A DNA stretch of 51,845 nt from contig CAVJWU010000004.1 of NCBI GenBank assembly GCA_963653535.1, positions 1 to 51,845 on the forward strand, written 5' to 3'. This document shows positions 5,043 through 14,900 of the stretch, in pieces (position 1 is the stretch's first letter; the number at the start of each line of letters is the position of its first letter). This stretch comes from Azospirillum sp. CAG:239 (GTDB taxonomy: Bacteria; Bacillota_I; Bacilli_A; RFN20; CAG-449). Position numbers and translations under genes: made by a program. A model generated the notes under the pieces. It was not told the origin of the DNA, ran no database searches, and saw only the letters and a list, made by a program, of their open reading frames with translations.

Positions 5043-7883
5043 ATGGAAGAAAAAGACATCGAAAATATAAATGAAAAAGTAAATACAGAAGAGGAAACTA
5101 ATGTTTTTGCTAAAAAAGTAAGATATATGTCTAAAACTACTTATTTTTTCATTTCTCTTTTAAATGTATTATATAAAGCTTTAATGTGGGTAGTTGACTT
5201 AATATGGTCAATGGTTCTATCTTTAGGCCATTTCTTTAAATTAATTGGCGTTGGTATTTTTAAAGGAGTAATTGGAATAGGTAAATTCTTTAAAAAGAAA
5301 GCACATGAATTTAAGTTTAATGATCTTTATGGTAGATTATCATTTAGCTTATTTGGAATGAGTAATTTCAAACATAAACAATATGTCGTCGGTACATTGT
5401 ATATTGTCTTTGAAGTTGTTTATATCGTATTATTTAGTTTATTTGGCGCTTCATCAATTGGAATGCTTGCTACACTAGGAACTAAAGTATCAGGTCCAGA
5501 TCCAGATTGTGATGACATGTTCTGTGAATGGATTACTGGTGATAATTCCATTATGATTTTAATTTATGGTTTATTATGGGTATTATCAATCTTTGTTTTC
5601 CTCTATGTATGGAATAGATCTATCGAAAGTGGATATACAAATTACCGTATTGATGAATTTAAGAAATACGATTCAAGCTTAGAAAGAAATATTCCTTTTT
5701 CTAAAGAACTTGATGCTAAAGCAACAGAAAGTTTTAATAACGGTGTTACTTTAAAAGAATTTAATGCTTCTAATGAAGGATTAATAAAAGAACACTTAGA
5801 TCAAGTTGAAGATGAAAAAGAGAGACAATATTTATCATATTTATTCGCGCAAAATGCAAAAGCTAGTTATGATCATTTAAAAGTAATTAAGAAAGAAACG
5901 GAAAAATTAGAGAAGATAAAAGCTTCTTTAGATAAATTAAAAGAAACTAGAGATTCCGGTTTAAAAGAATGTATCGCACGTCGAGATGCAAGTTTAGCAA
6001 GTGTTGATCCTAACGACGAAGAAAAAATTGATAAAATTAACGCTCGTGTTGAAGTTTATAAGAACAATACAATGTTAAAAGAACATGCTCTTGAAGCAAA
6101 ACTAGCTAAACAAGAACATAAGATTCAAGAAATTAATAAACGTTATACTCCATATGTAGAAATGCATCATACTCGCAATAATGAAAAATATGGTAAAAAT
6201 AATGATTACTATAAACATGTAGCGAGCCTTGAAAGTGAAATCTTATTTTATTCAAATTATTCCCATTTTGAAAGTATTTATGAAGATCGTTTTGATAAAT
6301 CAGATGATAAAAATAAAGATAACGCAAATAGAATTGTTGAACTTGAAACTGAATTACAAACTAAATTAGATGCAACTGCCGCTAAATTTAATGATATTAG
6401 AAATAGAAAGGCAGAAATTCAAAAAGGTATCGATGAAGCAAAAGCTTCTTATGATAATAAAGTTAAAGAATTAAAAGAAACTCAACCTGAAGGATATGAA
6501 ACTTTAATTCTTGAAGAAAAATCAAAACTTATTGAAATTACTACAAAGCTAATGGCTCAATATAAAGATTTCCCTTCTGATAAGAGTATTAAAGCTCTTG
6601 AAAAAGAAGAAATTAAAGAATCGAAAGATGCATTCAAACGTGATAAGAAATATTTAAGAACTAACTTCACGGCAGAACAATACGCTTTAGAAGAAGTTAT
6701 TAACTCAATGTTAGTTGACTTTAAGATTGAATATAGTCTAGCTAAACAATATTCTAAAAAATTATTGGTAAAAGAAGGAAAACAAAATAGATTCTTAACA
6801 ACAGATGAAGTTAGTGAAAAATTAAATGAATTAGAAGAAAGTAAGAGAACTTATATTGAATCTCATCCTGATAAATACGAAGGTAGACCAGATTCATTTA
6901 AGGATAATATTAAAGATTTATTTAATGAAAAATTCCACATTACAATTTTAGTTGTACCTGTACTTGGTATTCTATTAGTAACGATACTTCCATTATTATT
7001 CTCAATTACAATTGCATTTACTAATTATTCTCAAGGTCATATTCCTCCAACACAATTATTCACTTGGAATGGATTAACAAACTTTAAGAACTTATTATTC
7101 CCTGAAGCAAATTCCACATATAGCGTTTTACCAACAGCATTATCAAAAACTGTTTCATGGACGTTCATTTGGGCAATTGTTGCGACATTCTCCAACTATT
7201 TCTTAGGTATTATTGTTGCATTAATGATTAATAAAAAAGGTATTAAATTTAAGAAATTATGGAGAACAATATTCGTTATGACTATTGCTATCCCTCAATT
7301 CATTTCTTTATTATCAATTGGCGTTTTATTAAAAGACACTGGCGCGATTGGATCTTTAGTTCAAGAATGGACAGGTCAAAGATTAGGATTTGGTACAAAT
7401 ACTGATGATAGCGCAGTCTTAATGACTAAAATCATTATTATCTTAGTTAACATCTGGGTTGGTATTCCATATACTATCTTATCAACAACTGGTATTTTAC
7501 TTAATATTCCTAAAGATTTATATGAATCTGCAAGAGTTGATGGCGCAGGTACTGTTACACAATTATTCAAGATCACAATGCCTTACATCTTATTCGTTAC
7601 AGGACCTTATTTAATTACTCAATTCATTGGTAACTTTAATAACTTTGGTGTTATCTTCTTCTTAACTAATGGTGGTCCAGCATATGAAGGATCAGCGTTA
7701 TTAGGATTAGGTAAAACAGACTTATTAATTACATTCTTATATAAGATCGTAACATCAAGTAATAATGCTCAATATGGTATTGCGGCAGCAATTGGTATCG
7801 TAATCTTCGTTCTTTGCTCATTCGTATCAATTGTCATGTACAATAAATCAGGCGCGGTAAAAGAGGAGGACCAATTCCAATAG
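5043..7883 (+). CDS. MalF-type ABC permease (946 aa) with an N-terminal extra membrane module and a roughly 440-aa charged coiled-coil insert
   Basis: The C-terminal 315 aa form a canonical MalF/MdxF core: first core helix ending in FTNYS, and an EAA loop (YESARVDGAGTVTQLFKITMP). Residues 1-190 are hydrophobic helices. Residues 191-630 are K/E/D-rich heptad-like sequence with no hydrophobic segment. Confidence 0.85.
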   Translation: MEEKDIENINEKVNTEEETNVFAKKVRYMSKTTYFFISLLNVLYKALMWVVDLIWSMVLSLGHFFKLIGVGIFKGVIGIGKFFKKKAHEFKFNDLYGRLSFSLFGMSNFKHKQYVVGTLYIVFEVVYIVLFSLFGASSIGMLATLGTKVSGPDPDCDDMFCEWITGDNSIMILIYGLLWVLSIFVFLYVWNRSIESGYTNYRIDEFKKYDSSLERNIPFSKELDAKATESFNNGVTLKEFNASNEGLIKEHLDQVEDEKERQYLSYLFAQNAKASYDHLKVIKKETEKLEKIKASLDKLKETRDSGLKECIARRDASLASVDPNDEEKIDKINARVEVYKNNTMLKEHALEAKLAKQEHKIQEINKRYTPYVEMHHTRNNEKYGKNNDYYKHVASLESEILFYSNYSHFESIYEDRFDKSDDKNKDNANRIVELETELQTKLDATAAKFNDIRNRKAEIQKGIDEAKASYDNKVKELKETQPEGYETLILEEKSKLIEITTKLMAQYKDFPSDKSIKALEKEEIKESKDAFKRDKKYLRTNFTAEQYALEEVINSMLVDFKIEYSLAKQYSKKLLVKEGKQNRFLTTDEVSEKLNELEESKRTYIESHPDKYEGRPDSFKDNIKDLFNEKFHITILVVPVLGILLVTILPLLFSITIAFTNYSQGHIPPTQLFTWNGLTNFKNLLFPEANSTYSVLPTALSKTVSWTFIWAIVATFSNYFLGIIVALMINKKGIKFKKLWRTIFVMTIAIPQFISLLSIGVLLKDTGAIGSLVQEWTGQRLGFGTNTDDSAVLMTKIIIILVNIWVGIPYTILSTTGILLNIPKDLYESARVDGAGTVTQLFKITMPYILFVTGPYLITQFIGNFNNFGVIFFLTNGGPAYEGSALLGLGKTDLLITFLYKIVTSSNNAQYGIAAAIGIVIFVLCSFVSIVMYNKSGAVKEEDQFQ

Positions 7884-7884
7884 T

Positions 7885-8781
7885 ATGAAAAGTTTAAAAA
7901 CAGGTAGAATTGTTTCTAACGTTATTATTTACGCAATTCTTATTATTATGTCATGTATTTGGTTACTTCCAATTATATGGCTTGTATTACAATCATTTGG
8001 TGGTGAAGGTATTGGTAATAGATCTCGTTTAATTCCACATGAATGGACATTAGATAATTATAAGTTCTTATTTAGCCAAATTACTGGAGCGTATGATCCA
8101 AATGCAGCATCTCACGCTTATGATAATTTATTCTTAACATGGTTTGGTAATACAATTATTGTCGCAGTATTCTCATGTATTATTTCTACTTTATTTGTAT
8201 TAGGTACAGCTTATGCATTATCAAGATTTAGATTCAAATCACGTACAGTCTTTATGAAAATGAATTTAGTCATTGGTATGTTCCCAGGCTTCTTAAGCAT
8301 GATTATCATGTATTGGGTAATGAGAGATATCTTCCATTTACAAGGAACATATTGGTCATTAGTTATTCTTTATTCAGCTGGTGCTGGAGGAGGATATTAC
8401 ATTTGCAAAGGCTTCTTTGATACAATTTCTAAAAACATTGATGAAGCTGCGATGATTGATGGTGCGACTAGAAGTCAAATCTTCTGGCAAATCATCTTAC
8501 CACTTGCAAAACCTATTATCGTATATACAGTCTTAACAAGTTTCATGTCTCCATGGGGTGATTATGTAACATCATCTTATATTATTGGTTTACAAAATCC
8601 TCAACAATGGACTGTCGCAATTGGTCTTTACCAATTTACTGCAGGACAAGATACTGTATCTACATATTATACACAATTCGCGGCAGGTTCTGTCATTATC
8701 GCGATCCCTATTACTGCCTTATTCTTAGCATTACAAAGATATTATGTTGAAGGCGTAACCGGCGGAGCTGTGAAAGGATAA
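7885..8781 (+). CDS. MalG-type ABC permease
   Basis: Six predicted TM segments, an EAA loop (IDEAAMIDGATRSQIFWQIILPLAKP), and a start 2 nt after the malF-like stop. Confidence 0.9.
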   Translation: MKSLKTGRIVSNVIIYAILIIMSCIWLLPIIWLVLQSFGGEGIGNRSRLIPHEWTLDNYKFLFSQITGAYDPNAASHAYDNLFLTWFGNTIIVAVFSCIISTLFVLGTAYALSRFRFKSRTVFMKMNLVIGMFPGFLSMIIMYWVMRDIFHLQGTYWSLVILYSAGAGGGYYICKGFFDTISKNIDEAAMIDGATRSQIFWQIILPLAKPIIVYTVLTSFMSPWGDYVTSSYIIGLQNPQQWTVAIGLYQFTAGQDTVSTYYTQFAAGSVIIAIPITALFLALQRYYVEGVTGGAVKG

Positions 8782-8787
8782 AATATT

Positions 8788-10497
8788 ATGAAAAAGAGAT
8801 TATTAATGATTACATTAACATCTCTTTTTTCTTTAGGAGTCGTAACTTCTTGTTCATCTTCAACAGGTTCTTCATCTTCATATTGTGATGAAATGTTTGA
8901 AGATTGTTCAGGAAGTTCATCTTCTACATCAAAAAAGGTTGTTAATTTAAATTCTTATACAAATGAAAATTATGTTTATGACAAAAATATCACAAACGCT
9001 AATGGTTCGATGAGTTATGAGATATTCGTCCGAAGTTTCTATGATTCAAATTCGGATGGTATTGGTGATTTTAATGGAGTTAGTCAAAAACTTGATTATT
9101 TACAAGATTTAGGTATTAAAACTATTTGGTTAATGCCAATTAATCCTTCTCCTTCATATCATGGTTATGATGTTACAAATTATTATGACGTCGAAGAAGA
9201 TTATGGAACGATGGATGACTTTGTTTCTTTAGTAAATAAAGCAAAAGAAAAGAATATTGACATTATGATTGATATTGTCTTTAATCATTCGAGTAAAGAA
9301 CATGAATGGTTTAAACAATCTTATCAAGATTATATTTCTTCTTATGAAGGAGAAGATTCATATGCTTCTTGGTATAACTGGTCCGATACTTCTAAAAATG
9401 GTTATTCTTATTATCAAGGTAAATATTATGAATCACGTTTTGATTCATCAATGCCAGATTTTAACACCCAAAATACTAAGGTTAGAGATGAAATGAAAAA
9501 AATCTTAAGATTTTGGATTGATAAGGGTGTTTCTGGTTTTAGATTTGACGCGGTTAAATATTATGAATATGAAGATACTTCATATAATACTGAATTCTTA
9601 AAAGATTTACGCGATGCAACCGTCACTTATGGCAAAGAAAAATATAATAAAGATATTTATTTTGTTGGAGAATGTTGGGCAGAAGATGGAACTATTAATA
9701 AATATTATAATTCTAATTTTGATTCATTTTTCCGTTTTTCAGGTTCAATTGATGGCTATGGATATGGAGCAATTCTTGGGGCAGTTAAAGGCGTTAATAA
9801 AGCAAATAGTTTTGCTGAAGCGATAGAAAATAATGAAAACGCAATTAAGAAAGCTAACATAAATGCATATTCATCTTATTTCTTATCAAATCATGACCAA
9901 GATCGCGCAAGTTATTATTTTTCTAATGAATATGGCTATATGGGTGCTTCGGTATTAGCTTTAATGCCAGGAACTCCATATATGTATTATGGAGAAGAAA
10001 TATCCCTTAAAGGAAAAAGAAATACTTCTCCAGATGATCGTAGTGATGCAAGAAGAAGATTACCAATGGTTTGGTCAAAAGATAATAAGACTGGAGAATG
10101 TAATTTCCCTGAAGCGTCAAGACAAGATCTAGCGACAAATGATCAAGTTTCTAATGGGGTTGAAGATGAATTAAATACTAATTATTCTTTACTAAATCAT
10201 TATAAGAAAGTTATTAATATTAGAAATAAATATGATTTTATTAAAAATTCTATCTTTAAGAATTTAACTAAATCGATTGTTAATGATTATGATCACGTCT
10301 TAATCTATTCTTTAACTTCTTTAGATGGAAAAGATAAGATTATCGTTATTCATAACTTTGAAAAAGAAAATATTGAATTAGATGTTTCTTCATTAGGAAA
10401 TAAAATTGATGAAGAAGTATCTTGTTCTAGATTAATTCCAGAATTAAATGATGGAATTCTTAAACTAGGCTCATTATCAACTGTCATTTTAAAATAA
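8788..10497 (+). CDS. GH13 alpha-amylase-family enzyme (oligo-1,6-glucosidase/neopullulanase-like), lipoprotein
   Basis: Lipobox VTSC|SS with a Ser-rich linker. GH13 regions: I DIVFNHSS, II GFRFDAVKY, III FVGECW, IV FLSNHDQDR. Also the DGIGDFNG motif and region V MPDFN. Confidence 0.85.
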   Translation: MKKRLLMITLTSLFSLGVVTSCSSSTGSSSSYCDEMFEDCSGSSSSTSKKVVNLNSYTNENYVYDKNITNANGSMSYEIFVRSFYDSNSDGIGDFNGVSQKLDYLQDLGIKTIWLMPINPSPSYHGYDVTNYYDVEEDYGTMDDFVSLVNKAKEKNIDIMIDIVFNHSSKEHEWFKQSYQDYISSYEGEDSYASWYNWSDTSKNGYSYYQGKYYESRFDSSMPDFNTQNTKVRDEMKKILRFWIDKGVSGFRFDAVKYYEYEDTSYNTEFLKDLRDATVTYGKEKYNKDIYFVGECWAEDGTINKYYNSNFDSFFRFSGSIDGYGYGAILGAVKGVNKANSFAEAIENNENAIKKANINAYSSYFLSNHDQDRASYYFSNEYGYMGASVLALMPGTPYMYYGEEISLKGKRNTSPDDRSDARRRLPMVWSKDNKTGECNFPEASRQDLATNDQVSNGVEDELNTNYSLLNHYKKVINIRNKYDFIKNSIFKNLTKSIVNDYDHVLIYSLTSLDGKDKIIVIHNFEKENIELDVSSLGNKIDEEVSCSRLIPELNDGILKLGSLSTVILK

Positions 10498-10514
10498 TTA
10501 AAGGGGTTTAAAAA

Positions 10515-13277
10515 ATGAAAAAGACATGCTTAAAAATTTTATCTCTTACCTTATTACTTGGATGTATTGTTTCCTGCGGAGGAGAAGTTAGTTCATCTAG
10601 TTCTCCTACTAGCCAAACTCCTAGTTCAACTTCTTCTAGCGTAGTGAAAAATAAATACATTCATGATACGACTGATTATTCTTCATTAGAAATGGCTCCA
10701 ACTACTAAAGTTAGATTCCATTATCACCGTGGGGATCAAGATGAAAATTACGTAGTCTACAACGAATGGTCTTTATGGGTATGGGGAACTGGTGAAGGAG
10801 CAAGATACCAGTTTACTCACTATGATGATTTTGGTGTTTTTGGTGATGTTGAACTATCAAAAGTAGGAACTGATGTAACTCAAATTGGTCACTTAGTATC
10901 TACTTCTGATTGGTCTAAGAAAGATTATGAAAGTGATCGTTTCTTAGATATAAAAACTAAGTCTCCTGGAGGAATTCAAAACGTTTATCTTATGTCAGGA
11001 CAAGAGGAAGTATTTGATAATCCTGAAGACGCGAGTAAACCAGCATTAAAAAATGCAGTATTAGTTTCTAACGATAAAGTTACTTTCTCTTTTGTTAATT
11101 TAGCTTCTTCATTTACTTTTGATGAAAAGAAGTTATCTATCATGAATGGGGAAAATAAATTTAATGGATACACTGCTTCATTTAATACTTATAATAAAGA
11201 AGTAACACTTAATTTAACTGAACAATTAGATATCACTAAAACAATGAATGTAATCTATAAAATTGATAACGATACAGAAATTAAAACTAAAATTGTCATT
11301 ACAACTTACTTTGATTCAGACGAATTTAAGAATGCTTATACGTATACTGGCGATGATTTAGGCGTCACATTTGATAATGAAGAAATGGTAACTAAAACTA
11401 ATTTTAAAGTTTGGGCGCCAACCTCACAAAAATTAGTTTTAAAGGTCTATGAATCAGGTACACCTTTAGAAAATGAAACAGTTTATAAAACTGTTGAGAT
11501 GACTAAAGGTGAAAAAGGAACATGGACAACAACAATTGACGAAGATTTACATGGTAAATATTATACTTATGTTGTTACTAATGCTGCTGGAACTTCAGAA
11601 GTAGTTGATCCTTATGCTAAATCAACTGGTTTAAACGGCGTAAGAGGAATGGTTGTTAACTTCACTAAACTTAATAAAACTATCACTGGCTGGAATAGTG
11701 ATAAGAGAGCTAATTTATTAAATAACTCAAATCATTTAACTGATGCTTCTATTTATGAACTGCATGTTAGAGATATGACTATCTCTGAAACTTCTGGAGT
11801 TAGTAAATCTTTACGAGGTAAATTCTTGGCTTTAGCGGCTTCAGGAACTACTTATACAAGCGAAGGAACTACTGTTTCAACTGGCTTAGACCATATTGCA
11901 GAACTCGGCGTAACTCATGTTCAAATCCAACCTGTTTATGATTTTAATTCGGTTGATGAAGCAAAATCTACAACTGATGAAGTTGGAAGAAATTCTGGTC
12001 AATACAACTGGGGATATGATCCACTTAACTACAATGCTTTAGAAGGAAGCTATTCAACTAATCCTAGTGATGGATTTAATCGTATTGTTGAATTTAAACA
12101 AATGATTATGGCTCTTCATAATAAAGGTATTAATATCAACATGGATGTAGTTTATAATCATACCGCTAGCTTAGATAATACTAATTTTGAATTATTAGTT
12201 CCTTATTATTATCATCGTTCTTCTTCGGACGGTAAGTTCTCTAATGGCTCAGGATGCGGAAATGAGATGGCTTCTGATCGATCAATGGTTAATAAATTTA
12301 TTGTTGATTCTACAGCCTTCTATATGAAAGAATATCATTTATCTGGTTTTAGATTTGACCTTATGGGTTTAATTGATAATCAAACGATGATTGATGTATA
12401 TAAATCATGTAAGAAGATTGATCCTAATGCGATGGTTTATGGTGAACCTTGGACTGGCGGAAATACTACTTTAAGAAATGGAAGATCTGCCTCTAACTTA
12501 ACTAAACAACAAACATTACAAACTTCTTTAGCGCAAGAATATTTTGAAGGTGCAGGAGTTTATGTTGGGGCGTTTAATGATAAAATTAGAAATGGCATTC
12601 GTGGAGATAATAATCCTTCTAAAGGATTTGTTACAGGAGGATCTGCTTCAGGTGTCTTAGATGGCTTAAAAGGCATATTTAATGGAGCGACAGAAAGTAA
12701 TATTTCACCTCAACAAGTAATTAATTATGTTTCTTGTCACGATAACTATACTCTTTATGACCAACTCGCTCAAACTATTGGCTCTAGAGATCTTATGAAA
12801 GCTTATAAACAAGCTGATATGATGGTCTTTACTTCACAAGGTATACCATTTATCCAAGAAGGAGAAGAATTCGCTCGTAGTAAAGCTTATATTGATGAAG
12901 AAGGTAAGACGAAATATGAAGGAAATTCTTATAATGTCGGTGATGAAATTAATAAGATGGATTATTCTTTAAAAATTAAGAATAAAGGATTAAATGACTT
13001 CTTTAAAGACTTAATTAAATTAAGAAAAGATCATGAAGAATTTAGATATGTCACACGTACTGAAATTAGAAATAATTTTGTTAGTACTGATACATCATCA
13101 TCTTCATATATGTATACGCTTAATAATAACATCGTAGTTATTCATACTTCTCAAGACGCTTCATTTACTTTAGAAGGATCATATGATACTTTACTAAGTA
13201 ATTTTGATTCTTCATCTACTTATTCTTCTAATATTTCATTAAAAGCAAATGAATCAATTGTTTTAAAAAAGAAATAG
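10515..13277 (+). CDS. pulA: Type I pullulanase (GH13_14-like) lipoprotein with N-terminal CBM41/CBM48-like modules
   Basis: Lipobox IVSC|GG and a Ser/Thr linker. It carries the type I pullulanase signature YNWGYDP. GH13 regions: MDVVYNHT, GFRFDLMG, YGEPW, YVSCHDN. Confidence 0.9.
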   Translation: MKKTCLKILSLTLLLGCIVSCGGEVSSSSSPTSQTPSSTSSSVVKNKYIHDTTDYSSLEMAPTTKVRFHYHRGDQDENYVVYNEWSLWVWGTGEGARYQFTHYDDFGVFGDVELSKVGTDVTQIGHLVSTSDWSKKDYESDRFLDIKTKSPGGIQNVYLMSGQEEVFDNPEDASKPALKNAVLVSNDKVTFSFVNLASSFTFDEKKLSIMNGENKFNGYTASFNTYNKEVTLNLTEQLDITKTMNVIYKIDNDTEIKTKIVITTYFDSDEFKNAYTYTGDDLGVTFDNEEMVTKTNFKVWAPTSQKLVLKVYESGTPLENETVYKTVEMTKGEKGTWTTTIDEDLHGKYYTYVVTNAAGTSEVVDPYAKSTGLNGVRGMVVNFTKLNKTITGWNSDKRANLLNNSNHLTDASIYELHVRDMTISETSGVSKSLRGKFLALAASGTTYTSEGTTVSTGLDHIAELGVTHVQIQPVYDFNSVDEAKSTTDEVGRNSGQYNWGYDPLNYNALEGSYSTNPSDGFNRIVEFKQMIMALHNKGININMDVVYNHTASLDNTNFELLVPYYYHRSSSDGKFSNGSGCGNEMASDRSMVNKFIVDSTAFYMKEYHLSGFRFDLMGLIDNQTMIDVYKSCKKIDPNAMVYGEPWTGGNTTLRNGRSASNLTKQQTLQTSLAQEYFEGAGVYVGAFNDKIRNGIRGDNNPSKGFVTGGSASGVLDGLKGIFNGATESNISPQQVINYVSCHDNYTLYDQLAQTIGSRDLMKAYKQADMMVFTSQGIPFIQEGEEFARSKAYIDEEGKTKYEGNSYNVGDEINKMDYSLKIKNKGLNDFFKDLIKLRKDHEEFRYVTRTEIRNNFVSTDTSSSSYMYTLNNNIVVIHTSQDASFTLEGSYDTLLSNFDSSSTYSSNISLKANESIVLKKK

Positions 13278-13283
13278 TAAATA

Positions 13284-13317
13284 AAAAGGAAAGCTTCATT
13301 ACGAAACTTTCCTTTTT
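13284..13317. terminator. Bidirectional rho-independent terminator between convergent pulA and the membrane-protein operon
   Basis: AAAAAGGAAAG...CTTTCCTTTTT is an 11-bp inverted repeat flanked by A and T runs. Confidence 0.75.
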
Positions 13318-13323
13318 ACATGT

Positions 13324-13818
13324 TTATTTATGTTTCTTTTTCATTGATGGATCTTCAAGACCAAAATATTGGAAAAGATAAATAAAGATTAAATCAATGA
13401 TTACTAAGGTAAAACATGAGATGATGAAATTTTTAATATTATCATTTAATGTTCCTAATGGTAACGAAAGATTATTTTTAATTACGATAAGATAAATAAT
13501 TCCTAAGATAAAAAAGAAATTACCAATGACACAGAAATTTAATAAAGGTGAATTTTTATCTCCGTTTGCATCATAACATAAAAACTTAATAAAATTACTA
13601 CCGGATTTAAAAGAGATAAAGGTATTTACGATTTGGGTAATATTAAATACGATTAATAAAACAAAACAAATTATATACATAACATAATCTGTTACGCTTA
13701 TAGTAGAAATGTTAGAAATAAAATCGATTAATAAGAGACTAAAGAATGTTAAGCTTATAATAAGACCGATAAATAAAGAAATTAATAATGAGATACGATA
13801 TCCTTTTAATTTATTCAT
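13324..13818 (-). CDS. Small integral membrane protein (about 4 TM), unknown function
   Basis: Four long hydrophobic segments. The start is 2 nt downstream of the preceding gene's stop, so it belongs to the same operon. Confidence 0.6.
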   Translation of the reverse strand: MNKLKGYRISLLISLFIGLIISLTFFSLLLIDFISNISTISVTDYVMYIICFVLLIVFNITQIVNTFISFKSGSNFIKFLCYDANGDKNSPLLNFCVIGNFFFILGIIYLIVIKNNLSLPLGTLNDNIKNFIISCFTLVIIDLIFIYLFQYFGLEDPSMKKKHK

Positions 13819-13820
13819 AT

Positions 13821-14900
13821 TTATAATTTCCTTTCTTTTTCTTGAGGAGAAGTGACGTTGAGCGCATCCATATTTTCTAACGTAGAAACAAAATCAACAT
13901 CAGTTATCTTCTTACCTTCTTCAGAATCAAAATAAGCTTCTTCTTCGTTTCGATCTTTAAATAATAATGATTCATTAATGTAACATGTATTCATCTTTAA
14001 TATCTTATCTGCAAAATCTAAGTTCTTTTTAGAAACTAATAAGATTAAAAGGTTTAAAGCTAAATAAGCGATAATAAAGATAATAACTGTATTTCTTGTA
14101 AAATAGATTATACCAATAAAAGGTATTAAGAAATAAATAATTGGTCTAAGAGCGATTTTCCACTTCGGTAATAAATAACCGTTAATATAATTAGAATGAC
14201 CTAATTTATAGATTTTTTCCATTAAGGTAGAACCGTATTTATTAGTTAAAGGAATGATGTAATAGAAGATTATAACGGATACTAAAAAAGAAATAATACG
14301 TGAATACATTTCTAAAGTTGCAGTTGTATTATATAAAGAATTAAATTCTTTATTAAATGTTCTTAAATAAGGTTCTAACGTAGAATAAGCATTATAGAAA
14401 AGATCTGACATATTTTTATAATATGTTTTAGTAGGATTTTCTAAGATGATTCTTTCGGCGATAACTTCAGTATCAAATTCCCCATTTTCTTTTTGAGAGT
14501 ATTTATAATATTCAGTCGAATAAGAAGTTGAAGATGGATTGATAGGTAAATTTAATACCATGATGTTATAAATATGAGTAATAGTTTTTTCTTCGTTGTA
14601 ACGAGTATTATATGCCTTAGTTATTTCATCCGGATATTTATTAAAATAGAAATCCTGCACGATTTTTTCGTATTCAGTATAATCTAATCCTTCGGCTAAG
14701 TTTAGGTTATATTCGGCCTTAATTTCGTTAATACGTGATACTTTATTAACATAATTACCTCCGAAATTAAACACGCTGAAAATGAGAGCAAAATAAAGTA
14801 TAGTTGTACTAATAAAGACAATCACATTATCAAGAAATACGGTGATTAATTTATGATTAGTGAAAGCGACCGATATTCTTAAATCTCTTTTAGTTCTCAT
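13821..14900 (-). CDS. Membrane protein, degenerate RDD-family paralog with a large extracytoplasmic insert
   Basis: An N-terminal helix is preceded by R...D (RDLRISVAF...FLDNVIV). The C-terminal helices carry STLMEKIYKLG and DFADKILKMNTCYI at the positions of the RDD-family QTLGKK..G and HD..AGT.V motifs. ATGA start/stop overlap with the upstream gene. Confidence 0.55.
   Translation of the reverse strand: MRTKRDLRISVAFTNHKLITVFLDNVIVFISTTILYFALIFSVFNFGGNYVNKVSRINEIKAEYNLNLAEGLDYTEYEKIVQDFYFNKYPDEITKAYNTRYNEEKTITHIYNIMVLNLPINPSSTSYSTEYYKYSQKENGEFDTEVIAERIILENPTKTYYKNMSDLFYNAYSTLEPYLRTFNKEFNSLYNTTATLEMYSRIISFLVSVIIFYYIIPLTNKYGSTLMEKIYKLGHSNYINGYLLPKWKIALRPIIYFLIPFIGIIYFTRNTVIIFIIAYLALNLLILLVSKKNLDFADKILKMNTCYINESLLFKDRNEEEAYFDSEEGKKITDVDFVSTLENMDALNVTSPQEKERKL

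Noticed and set aside
6133-6327. Short antisense or alternate-frame ORFs inside large genes. They are at 6133-6327, 7376-7576, 9269-9496, 9614-9826, 10985-11173, 17354-17563, 18548-18745, 19198-19437, 19227-19430, 20928-21134, 22113-22298, 28980-29186, 30548-30736, 34544-34729, 39000-39227, 42576-42767, 43830-44027, 47676-47900 and 47970-48218.
   Set aside because: All are embedded in longer ORFs that carry clear family motifs. All are 61-82 aa, lack an SD, and have translations dominated by low-complexity AT-codon residues.
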